This document shows positions 7,826 through 15,278 of a stretch of DNA of 36,151 bases, piece by piece. Within the stretch, counting starts at the first letter, position 1. Each line of letters begins with the position of its first letter. This DNA is from a virus. Lineage: Duplodnaviria > Heunggongvirae > Uroviricota > Caudoviricetes. The translations under genes were made by a program, and so were the position numbers. The stretch lies in the IMG/VR virus record IMGVR_UViG_2585427765_000017. One strand, 5' to 3'. The notes beneath the pieces were generated by a model. That model had not been told where the DNA came from. It worked only from the letters and a program-made list of their open reading frames with translations, and made no database searches.

Positions 7826-8896
7826 ATGGCTAACGCCTGGCTCAGATTATGGCATGACATGCCAAATGACCCTAAGTGGCGAACAATTGCCAGGGTGTCA
7901 GGGCAGCCAATTGCAACAGTGATGGCAGTGTATATCCACCTCCTGGTGAGCGCGTCACGAAATGTCACGCGAGGTCACATTGATGTCACGACAGAAGATT
8001 TGGCAAGTGCGCTCGACGTGACAGAAGAGGTAATTGATTCAATTTTGCAGACGATGCAGGGGCGGGTACTTGATGGTGATTTAATCACTGGATGGGAAAA
8101 ACGCCAGGTGCTGAAAGAGGACAACGGCAATATTTCGCAAACCGCAAAATCTCCGGCAGAGCGCAAGAGGGCGCAGCGAGAGAGGGAAAGAAAGCGGGAA
8201 CAAAATGGCGATTGTCACGGCGAGTCACGAAATGTCACGCACATGTCACGACGAGTCACGACAGATAAAGATACAGATAAAGATACAGATCAAGAAGATC
8301 AAAACACTATGGTCCATGGCGTAAAAAACGCCACGAACCAGGCAGGGGATGTTCAGACCGTCACTCCTGGCCAGCCCGCAGGCACGACACCGGAAGCCGA
8401 TTCAGCGTATGCGCTGAAAGCCGATTCGGGCGCTGTGCAGCAGGTGATGACCGCAAGGCAGGAGCAATCACACCAACTTCAGCAGCCTGAAGCCGATTCC
8501 GCCATTCAGCGGGAAGCCGATCGGGTAGTCCCGGAAAACACCGGGCAGCCTGTGGGACGAGTGGATTATCCTGATGTGTTCGAACAGGTCTGGCGGGAAT
8601 ACCCGTTGCGTGCTGGGGCAAACCCGAAGAAATCCGCTTTCAGTGCCTGGAAGGCCAGATTACGCGAGGGGGTGTCACCAGAGGCCATGCTGGATGGCGT
8701 GAGGCGTTACGCAAGATACCTTGCGGCTACCGGGAAAACGGGAACGGAATTTGTTCAGCGAGCGACGACGTTTTTTGGACCGGACCGGAATTTTGAAAAC
8801 CCCTGGCTGCTCCCGGTAAGCGGCACGAACAACCAGCGTTGTGTGAATCATATTTCTGAACCGGATACCGAAATTCCACCGGGCTTCAGGGGGTAA
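7826..8896 (+). CDS. Replication initiation / replisome-organiser protein (O-like, YdaU/DnaT-like C-terminus), contains the putative origin
   Basis: Position after cro/cII-like genes; N-terminal MANAWLRLWHDMPNDPKWRTIARV and C-terminal WREYPLRAGANPKKSAFSAWKARLREG...FFGPDRNFENPW pattern typical of phage replication proteins; iteron clusters lie inside the ORF. ATG at 7826 with GAGGTG RBS preferred over track GTG at 7820. Confidence 0.6.
   Translation: MANAWLRLWHDMPNDPKWRTIARVSGQPIATVMAVYIHLLVSASRNVTRGHIDVTTEDLASALDVTEEVIDSILQTMQGRVLDGDLITGWEKRQVLKEDNGNISQTAKSPAERKRAQRERERKREQNGDCHGESRNVTHMSRRVTTDKDTDKDTDQEDQNTMVHGVKNATNQAGDVQTVTPGQPAGTTPEADSAYALKADSGAVQQVMTARQEQSHQLQQPEADSAIQREADRVVPENTGQPVGRVDYPDVFEQVWREYPLRAGANPKKSAFSAWKARLREGVSPEAMLDGVRRYARYLAATGKTGTEFVQRATTFFGPDRNFENPWLLPVSGTNNQRCVNHISEPDTEIPPGFRG
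7950..8290. repeat. Iteron clusters (putative ori) inside the replication gene
   Basis: Four T/GTCAC(G/A) copies at about 7954-7990 plus inverted CGTGAC at about 8026-8031; five GTCACG copies at about 8212-8262 spaced about 10-11 bp; then tandem GATAAAGATACA x2 and an A-rich stretch. Resembles lambda ori lying within O. Confidence 0.5.
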
Positions 8897-8936
8897 GTGT
8901 TGATTTCTGGTCATGAGGTAATTTTCAGGAGGACTT

Positions 8937-9359
8937 GTGGCAAAAGTTTTTACACAAGAAGAGCGAGAAAAAATTAAAGGGCAGGTTGTTGAACTCGTAC
9001 GCCAGAGTGGGCGTGAGACGTTACGGCAACTGGAAGTCAAGACAGGTGCGACAAGATATCTGATGAGCGTTCTCGCAAGAGAGCTGGTTGCCAGCGGCGA
9101 TGTATACAACTCTGGTTACGGGTTATTCCCGTCTGAACAGGCGCGTAAGGACTGGCAAAATGCCCGTAAAAAGCTCTCAAGGGCAAAGCTGAAGAAACCA
9201 TCTGCGGTTGATCCGGACCTTATCTGGTCATTACCTGACGGAGAAATACGTCGCTACGACAGGCGTCAGAACATAATCTGTCGCGAGTGCCGGAAGAGTG
9301 AGGTTATGCAGCGAGTGCTGGCGTTTTATCAGGGTAATTTTCAGGAGGTGATGGCGTGA
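8937..9359 (+). CDS. Hypothetical protein (140 aa)
   Basis: ORF with GTG start preceded by CAGGAGG; no family recognised. Confidence 0.45.
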   Translation: MAKVFTQEEREKIKGQVVELVRQSGRETLRQLEVKTGATRYLMSVLARELVASGDVYNSGYGLFPSEQARKDWQNARKKLSRAKLKKPSAVDPDLIWSLPDGEIRRYDRRQNIICRECRKSEVMQRVLAFYQGNFQEVMA

Positions 9360-9652
9360 GAGTGAGAGTCTATATCGCCGGTCCAATGACCGGGTATAAA
9401 AATTTCAACCGTGAGGCGTTTCACAATGCGGAAGAGGAACTGAAACGGGAAGGGCATACCGTCTTAAACCCGGCAGTACTTCCGGACGGGCTGACACAGC
9501 CGCAGTACATGGATATCTGCATGGCGATGATTCGTTGCGTGGATGCGATTTACATGCTGCAAGGCTGGCAGCGGTCAGCAGGCGCTAAGGCGGAACTGGC
9601 GCTGGCGGAGAAGCTGGGGCATGCAGTTATTTTCCAGGAGGAGGTACAGTGA
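9356..9652 (+). CDS. Nucleoside 2-deoxyribosyltransferase-like small protein (DUF4406-like)
   Basis: VYIAGPMTGYKNFNREAF...GHTVLNP...YMLQGWQRSAGAKAELALAEKLGHAV pattern typical of this phage-encoded family; GTG start after CAGGAGG. Confidence 0.55.
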   Translation: MRVRVYIAGPMTGYKNFNREAFHNAEEELKREGHTVLNPAVLPDGLTQPQYMDICMAMIRCVDAIYMLQGWQRSAGAKAELALAEKLGHAVIFQEEVQ

Positions 9653-9924
9653 ATATCGACGCAACAATGACGATTGGTACGGCCCTCAATACGGGGCTGG
9701 CGCTTCTTGGTTGGTGCTACATCATGTTCTGCTCATGGCGGTGGCTGTCACTGATGTTACTGAAAGAATGGAATAAACGCTGTAAACAGACGCAGCGGCA
9801 GAAGGCAATGAATGCGTTTTTTGAGACCTTCGATATTGACAGTATAGAACCAGGAGAGCCAGCTCGCGTGATTAGCAGAGGTGACGTTGTAATTCTTGTA
9901 TACCGGAGTGAAGAGAAAGCATAA
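9649..9924 (+). CDS. Hypothetical small membrane protein
   Basis: 91-aa ORF with one hydrophobic segment (LALLGWCYIMFCSWRWLSLMLL); start overlaps upstream stop. Confidence 0.4.
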   Translation: MNIDATMTIGTALNTGLALLGWCYIMFCSWRWLSLMLLKEWNKRCKQTQRQKAMNAFFETFDIDSIEPGEPARVISRGDVVILVYRSEEKA

Positions 9925-10038
9925 TCCAAATCTGAATAATTAAATCCAGCACTGTAAATAAAATTTAATCCTTAACCGGAGGGATTTCTGCCCCCTCAGA
10001 ACATCAGGAGGCCGCCCGAAAGGGCGGTGGAGATAATA

Positions 10039-10545
10039 ATGGAAATAACTAAAGAACGATTATTGGAAATAGCAAATCTTAGTGAAAGGGCATTAAGTGA
10101 TGGGAGGATTATTTCTCCTGATGCTTATGAATCAGTTACAAGTATAGAAATAATAACGATGGCCAGGATGCTTCTTGCCCGCTTCAAAAAAGAATATAAA
10201 AAACAGGTAGATAGCAATGCTAATATATATGATATTTTGGACTGTTGGGGAGCTTGGGCTGTAGCTGGAAATAGTTCTATCAACTGGCAGCAAGTGGCTG
10301 ATAAATATAAAGATGTTGTGCCTCATGGTAAAAAATTGCGTCGCCAGAGCAGCGATGATGAAGGGCGAGTGATTGATGAGTGGATATTGAGACTCAGACA
10401 ATATAAAATAGATGAATATGAGTTAATTGTTGCCCACTTTGTAATAGGCGTTTCTTTGAGAAAGATCGCAAAAAGAAAGAAATGTGCGGATGGGACTATT
10501 AGAAAAAAATACAAGCAGCGATGGGAGTATTGGAGGGAGTATTAA
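10039..10545 (+). CDS. Q-like antiterminator homologue (QuuD/PF06530-like), AT-rich, second Q-type gene in the window
   Basis: Motifs ILDCWGAWAVAGNSSINWQ, DDEGRVIDEWILRL, YELIVAHFVIGVSLRKIAKRKKCADGTIRK resemble (from memory) the ERWGAWA...DDD...YVVG... pattern of QuuD-type Q proteins. ATG at 10039 with GGAGA RBS; visibly AT-rich compared with flanks. Confidence 0.5.
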   Translation: MEITKERLLEIANLSERALSDGRIISPDAYESVTSIEIITMARMLLARFKKEYKKQVDSNANIYDILDCWGAWAVAGNSSINWQQVADKYKDVVPHGKKLRRQSSDDEGRVIDEWILRLRQYKIDEYELIVAHFVIGVSLRKIAKRKKCADGTIRKKYKQRWEYWREY

Positions 10546-10566
10546 TGCTCTAACTGTTAGAGCTAA
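10546..10566. terminator. Hairpin between convergent genes (possible bidirectional terminator)
   Basis: Perfect inverted repeat GCTCTAAC-tg-TTAGAGC sits between the stop of the Q-like gene and the stop of the minus-strand membrane-protein gene. Confidence 0.35.
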
Positions 10567-11783
10567 ATAAAAATCTTCGCAAGAAATATTCCTGCTGCAA
10601 TAGAACTTGGTAGCCAAGCCAAATACATAAATAACTTTATTGTATTATCACATTTGGTTTGGCTCTTTGATAGTTCATATAGAGCCTCATTAATGTCCTT
10701 CTTAAGGTCTTCTGGATAATTTTCATTGTTTTTTAGAAAAGGCATAAATGCTATATCTTTAGCATGGTAAATATGTTTTAATTGTTTATCCTGATTGAGT
10801 AATACCATATATAAAATAAGTGAGCTTAACAATACACCTAATAAAACGAGTAACATTTCAGATCTTGATGTTAGTTTTATAATCCCGAAGGATGCCAGTA
10901 AAGACACAGGGATTGATAATACTTTTGTCGTCAAATCAGTAATAAGTTTTGAGATTTTTTCAGCAAACTCTGCTTCAGACTTCGCAATTTCTTTTCGTGC
11001 CTTATGGAATGAAAAACCACTCATATACGTGGATAAATTATTTTCAAATAGCTTTACAAATTTATCCCAATGGCAAATTAGGTTTTCAAAATCATATTTG
11101 TTATCGAGAATAAACTCCACTATGGTATTCCTGAAAATACCTGTTTTTTCTGCTTGATGGGGGATTTGGGCGTTTTTTACATCTAAAAGACTCTTGATGA
11201 TAGCATCATCAATGTCATTTATATTGAGCATCTTAGGTGTAATGCACGTTTCTAAAATAATAGATGTTGATTTTGCGTCAGAATCTTTCACGAAAACTAA
11301 ACGATAATTTGAAGATTCCGATTTTGTATCGTGAAAGTGCGCAATCTCAGCCAGGGAAGAAATAATTGCACAAATTTTCTCGATTTTTATAATTTCGTCC
11401 GGTTTACTTGAATCAGACGGATGAAAATCCTCATCGATTATGTAATACTCTTTAGGAATTACACCTTTCTTGAGTGAGTTTATACAAAGGAACTCTTGAA
11501 TTGAGTTATAGAAACGTTCTGCTCCATTTTTAGGGGATATGTAAGTGTATGAGAATTTATCTCCAATTTTAATTGGGTGTGATTTTAAATCGTCTTCGTC
11601 AATGAACTCATTATTAATATCAACATCTTCAAAATAACCGTAGGCTTTATGTGAATTTACTAACAAGTTTACCAAACGTTGATTGTTATTATTTATTTCA
11701 ACAGTTGCAGAAAAAGAACGTCCGTCGAATTGGGGCTTCGATGATGCTCTATAAAAATCTACAACCGTTGATAAATTAGCCAT
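10563..11783 (-). CDS. Protein with about 280-aa soluble N-terminal region and three predicted C-terminal transmembrane helices; second gene of AT-rich operon
   Basis: Hydrophobic segments VLSIPVSLLASFGIIKL, MLLVLLGVLLSSLILYMVLL and IKLFMYLAWLPSSIAAGIFLAKIFI near the C-terminus. ATG (MANLSTVV) overlaps the upstream gene stop as ATGGCTAA; the track GTG start at 11795 is less likely. K/N/I/D-rich composition. Confidence 0.7.
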   Translation of the reverse strand: MANLSTVVDFYRASSKPQFDGRSFSATVEINNNNQRLVNLLVNSHKAYGYFEDVDINNEFIDEDDLKSHPIKIGDKFSYTYISPKNGAERFYNSIQEFLCINSLKKGVIPKEYYIIDEDFHPSDSSKPDEIIKIEKICAIISSLAEIAHFHDTKSESSNYRLVFVKDSDAKSTSIILETCITPKMLNINDIDDAIIKSLLDVKNAQIPHQAEKTGIFRNTIVEFILDNKYDFENLICHWDKFVKLFENNLSTYMSGFSFHKARKEIAKSEAEFAEKISKLITDLTTKVLSIPVSLLASFGIIKLTSRSEMLLVLLGVLLSSLILYMVLLNQDKQLKHIYHAKDIAFMPFLKNNENYPEDLKKDINEALYELSKSQTKCDNTIKLFMYLAWLPSSIAAGIFLAKIFI

Positions 11784-12918
11784 TTTCTTTTCCACTATCC
11801 CTTATTTTTAAATTTTCTTTTACCACAGCGCTTAGTTTAGCCTTAAATTCAGCTGGTAAGTTTGTAAATGATAATCTTCCAGTTGTTTCATCGTACCACA
11901 CATCATCATCAGCTGTCACTCCAAGGAGAGACTTGTCAAAATTAAATCCAATCTCATCAGTCTTAAAGGTGATGTTTTTAATGTCTTTCAACGCCCGTTT
12001 ACTGATAACAAATTCAGTTGGAATTCTCACATTTTCACTATTTAAAAAAAGAATTAATTCGTGAGTGTAAGATTCTTTGGTAGACTCATCTAAATTTGTC
12101 ATGTGACGTGCTGCAATTACTTCAATATCACTCAATCGGGCTGACAAATTTTTAGCTGCTTGTGTGTCTAAATATGCAATAACGTCATGTTTAAATCTAT
12201 TGGCACATGCTTTAAGTTCTGGTTTTTGGTTAAAAAATTGTTTTGCGACAGTTGGTAGTTTTTTTGTGGCTTTTGCTGCTGCAAGTGATTTGTCGCATCC
12301 TATTGCTGCAATAAAATATGCTGATGTGGATTGACCCACTCCTTTACTTACGAAACTTAGATAACTTAAGTCAATTTTTTCAGACTCATCAGCAGTTTTA
12401 TATTGTTGGTAGAGATTGAAATTTATTCTTGCTGCTTGGTGTATTTTGGATAGATCCAAATGGATCATTTCTTCAGGTTCGAGTTTGTTGCTGATAGTAA
12501 CACCATTTTTCTTTTTAATCATTGCAATTAAAAAGAATTTATTGTTATTTACAATATAGTCACAAAACACAATAAAACCACCAGATGACCAAGGTTCTTC
12601 TTTGGCTTTTTTTACAAGTTGCTTCATCACTTCAATAGAAAAAGGCACAAACTTTTCATTAATGTTATCCTCTGACTGAGAATACTCTTCAAATATTGAT
12701 GGCACAGGCCCTTGTTCTGTTTTTTCCTCTTTAAAAACGCCATAATGTGCAGAATTGCCTTTGGTTCCATATAAAGATGAAATGTCTTGAATAAGTTTTA
12801 TAACAATTGGATTGGTTTTATCGAGAGGAGTGGATCTAAGCTGATACGGCTTAGAAAAATCAAAATCCTTTTTTGCTTCTTTAATTAGTTCATGAACGAT
12901 AACTTGCTTAATTTCCAT
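11776..12918 (-). CDS. NdpA/YejK-like (NA37 nucleoid-associated protein family) homologue; first gene of AT-rich operon
   Basis: VIVHELIKEAK near the N-terminus, GGFIVFCDY and YLSFVSKGVGQSTSAYFIAAIG motifs parallel YejK IALHQLIK, GGFVLFCHY, YLTFLKGRVGRKVADFF as I recall them; AGGTGA RBS 8 nt upstream of ATG. Needs HMM confirmation. Confidence 0.65.
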   Translation of the reverse strand: MEIKQVIVHELIKEAKKDFDFSKPYQLRSTPLDKTNPIVIKLIQDISSLYGTKGNSAHYGVFKEEKTEQGPVPSIFEEYSQSEDNINEKFVPFSIEVMKQLVKKAKEEPWSSGGFIVFCDYIVNNNKFFLIAMIKKKNGVTISNKLEPEEMIHLDLSKIHQAARINFNLYQQYKTADESEKIDLSYLSFVSKGVGQSTSAYFIAAIGCDKSLAAAKATKKLPTVAKQFFNQKPELKACANRFKHDVIAYLDTQAAKNLSARLSDIEVIAARHMTNLDESTKESYTHELILFLNSENVRIPTEFVISKRALKDIKNITFKTDEIGFNFDKSLLGVTADDDVWYDETTGRLSFTNLPAEFKAKLSAVVKENLKIRDSGKENG

Positions 12919-13192
12919 ATTGAAAATATCACCTATGTTATTGTTAGATCGTTTGTGATTTTTTTACCATCACAACAACGACACAAAATCATTAATGCGT
13001 ACGCAAAAATTTTGAATAATGAGTTAATCAATGTCAATAGTTAAACACACTACCGCTGTAGAGTTGTTGTCATTAAATTGCGTCATAAGTAGAATTGCTG
13101 CGGGTGCTTGAGGCTATCTGTCTCAGGCATGAACACCAAAAGGCAGATAGATAAAAGCCCCACCCGACTATAAATCGAAGTGAGGCCCCTAT

Positions 13193-13405
13193 ATGCTCGT
13201 CACATATAGATTGCCTCTTACGGACCGAAAGGTCAAGGAGAAGCAGGCTATGAAGCAGCAAAAGGCGATGTTAATCGCCCTGATCGTCATCTGTTTAACC
13301 GTCATAGTGACGGCACTGGTAACGAGGAAAGACCTCTGCGAGGTACGAATCCGAACCGGCCAGACGGAGGTTGCTGTTTTCGTAGACTACGAATCTAGAG
13401 AGTAA
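13193..13405 (+). CDS. mok: Mok-like overlapping reading frame of the hok locus
   Basis: 70-aa frame that starts upstream of, and terminates with, the hok coding sequence, as in hok/mok/sok loci. Confidence 0.5.
   Translation: MLVTYRLPLTDRKVKEKQAMKQQKAMLIALIVICLTVIVTALVTRKDLCEVRIRTGQTEVAVFVDYESRE
13250..13405 (+). CDS. hok: Hok/Gef-family type I toxin (51 aa)
   Basis: MKQQKAMLIALIVICLTVIVTALVTRKDLCEVRIRTGQTEVAVFVDYESRE is a near-exact Hok-family toxin sequence (HokD/RelF-like from memory). Confidence 0.85.
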   Translation: MKQQKAMLIALIVICLTVIVTALVTRKDLCEVRIRTGQTEVAVFVDYESRE

Positions 13406-13414
13406 GAGTGACCT

Positions 13415-13501
13415 GGCGGGAGAGTAATCTCCCGCCACCTCTGATGTGTCGGCATCCTCAACGCACCCGCACTTAACCCGCTTCGGCGGGTTTTGTTTTT
13501 T
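13415..13501 (+). terminator. hok mRNA 3' structures: 9-bp perfect hairpin (fbi-like) plus intrinsic terminator
   Basis: GGCGGGAGA-gtaa-TCTCCCGCC at about 13415-13436 immediately after the hok stop; then AACCCGC-ttcg-GCGGGTT with a T-run at about 13475-13501. Confidence 0.5.
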
Positions 13502-13573
13502 CTGGTCGTTCTGGTTTACAATCCATCCGTCAGCCTGAACAACTGGCACCTGCTGCGCCAGCAGAGAAAACAG

Positions 13574-13852
13574 ATGGCGCACGATACCAAATTTTACAAT
13601 TCGGATAACTCTGCCGCCCCTGCCAGCAGGCACGGGCGGCGTTCTCATGCATTCAAATCTGACTGGTATCAGCACGACCCCTGCACCGAAGAACAGGCTG
13701 AATGGCTGATTCAGCGCTACCGCAGACACGGATACGAGATTAAGAAAGCCCTCAGCCTCGATTATCGTCACTGGATAATCTTCGTCAGGCTCCCTTATTC
13801 CGAACGCCCACCGCGTCCGTCCCGCACATTCCAGCAACGCATCTGGAGGTAA
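13574..13852 (+). CDS. Hypothetical nin-region protein (internal Met of track ORF 13493..13852)
   Basis: ORF MAHDTKFYNSDNSAAPASRHGRRSHAFKSDWYQHDPCTEEQAEW...; stop 1 nt before the next gene start. No family recognised. Confidence 0.4.
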   Translation: MAHDTKFYNSDNSAAPASRHGRRSHAFKSDWYQHDPCTEEQAEWLIQRYRRHGYEIKKALSLDYRHWIIFVRLPYSERPPRPSRTFQQRIWR

Positions 13853-13853
13853 C

Positions 13854-14912
13854 GTGCGGGTATTACTTCGACCTGTTCCGGTACCGGAACTTGGGCTGGT
13901 GGTGCTAAAACCGGGCCGTGAATCCATGCAGGTATTTCATAATCCTCGAGTTCTGGTGGAGCCGGAACCGAAAAGCATGCGCGGTCTGCCGTCCGGAGTC
14001 GTTCCTGCCGTTCGCCAGCCATTGGCGGAGGATAAATCATTACTGCCATTTTTCAGCGATGAGCGGGTGATTCGTGCTGCTGGTGGTGCTGGTGCACTGT
14101 CTGACTGGCTGTTACGCCACATTAAATCCTGCCAGTGGCCTCATGGTGACTACCATCACAGCGAAACCGTCATACATCGTTACGGTACCGGTGCAATGGT
14201 GTTGTGCTGGCACTGCGACAACCAGCTGCGTGACCAGACTTCCGAATCACTCGGGCAGCTTGCTCACCAAAATTTGTCAGCATGGATGATTGACGTCATA
14301 CGCCATGCAATGAATGGCACGCAGGAGCGGGAATTATCGCTGGCTGAATTATCCTGGTGGGCAACCATAAATAACGTAGCGGACGCACTACCGGAGACGG
14401 TATTACGTCGTTCTCTGGGGTTACGTGCGGAAAAAATCCGCTCGGTGTACCGCGAAAGCGACATCATACCGGGAGAGCAGACAGCCACCAGCATCCTGAA
14501 ACAGCGCACAAAAAATCTTGCGCCGTTGCCTCACGCCCACCAGCAACAGAATCCACCACAGGAAAAGATGGTGGTCAGCATTGCCGTTGATCCGGAGTCA
14601 CCGGCTCAGTATCTCCAGCGCCAGAAACCACAACGGGAAGATATGCCTGTATACACGCGTTGGGTAAAAACGCAGAAATGCATGACGTGTGGCAATCAGG
14701 CAGATGATCCGCATCACATCATTGGTCATGGACTGGGAGGGATGGGAACAAAGGCTGATGATTTGTTTGTTATTCCGCTGTGCCGTAAATGCCATAGCGA
14801 ACTACACGCCGGGGTAAAAGATTTTGAAGAAAAACACGGCAGCCAGCTGTTGTTGCTGATTCGTTTTTTAATGCACGCGAGAAATTCGGGTGTCCTGAAG
14901 TGGAAAGCATGA
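13854..14912 (+). CDS. DUF968-family protein (YdfU-like) with C-terminal Cys/His cluster
   Basis: C-terminal CMTCGNQADDPHHIIGHGLGG...LCRKCHSELH pattern; GTG start 5 nt after GGAGG; immediately upstream of rusA as in lambdoid nin regions. Confidence 0.6.
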   Translation: MRVLLRPVPVPELGLVVLKPGRESMQVFHNPRVLVEPEPKSMRGLPSGVVPAVRQPLAEDKSLLPFFSDERVIRAAGGAGALSDWLLRHIKSCQWPHGDYHHSETVIHRYGTGAMVLCWHCDNQLRDQTSESLGQLAHQNLSAWMIDVIRHAMNGTQERELSLAELSWWATINNVADALPETVLRRSLGLRAEKIRSVYRESDIIPGEQTATSILKQRTKNLAPLPHAHQQQNPPQEKMVVSIAVDPESPAQYLQRQKPQREDMPVYTRWVKTQKCMTCGNQADDPHHIIGHGLGGMGTKADDLFVIPLCRKCHSELHAGVKDFEEKHGSQLLLLIRFLMHARNSGVLKWKA

Positions 14913-15278
14913 ATGACTGAACGCATAGAATTTGTTTTGCCTTACCCGCCAACGGTGAACACTTACTGGCGACGTCGTGGCAGCACATATTTTGTATCAA
15001 AAGCCGGTGAGCGTTATCGCCGTGATGTGGCGCTTATTGTTCGCCAGCAGCGGCTGAAATTAAACCTGTCCGGAAGGCTGGCGATAAAGATTATTGCAGA
15101 GCCACCGGATAAACGTCGTCGTGACCTGGACAATATCCTGAAAGCACCACTGGATGCGCTGACGCATGCCGGACTTCTCATAGACGACGAGCAGTTTGAT
15201 GAAATTAATATTGTGCGCGGTCAGCTCGTTCCTGGGGGGCGGCTGGGCGTGAAGATTTACAAAATTGAGAGTGAGTGA
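14913..15278 (+). CDS. rusA: Holliday junction resolvase RusA
   Basis: LPYPPTVNTYWRRRG...RRRDLDNILKAPLDALTHAGLLIDDEQ parallels the RusA PWPPSNNRYY...RRRDLDN...DAL pattern; 121 aa. Confidence 0.85.
   Translation: MTERIEFVLPYPPTVNTYWRRRGSTYFVSKAGERYRRDVALIVRQQRLKLNLSGRLAIKIIAEPPDKRRRDLDNILKAPLDALTHAGLLIDDEQFDEINIVRGQLVPGGRLGVKIYKIESE

Noticed and set aside
8264-8300. Tandem GATAAAGATACA repeat considered as a possible CRISPR or satellite repeat
   Set aside because: Only about 2.3 copies with no spacers; it encodes the in-frame DKDTDKDTD peptide repeat of the replication protein and sits beside the iterons, so it is better explained as part of the origin.
13150-13250. Explicit annotation of the Sok antisense RNA and its promoter
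   Set aside because: I could not find a convincing -35/-10 pair with proper spacing on the minus strand by eye, so it is described in a finding but not listed as a feature.
13295-13927. 210-aa minus-strand ORF spanning the hok terminator region and the start of the DUF968 gene
   Set aside because: Low-complexity Ser/Thr/Gly/Pro-rich translation, overlaps better-supported plus-strand genes and structured RNA elements; looks like a shadow ORF in GC-rich DNA.
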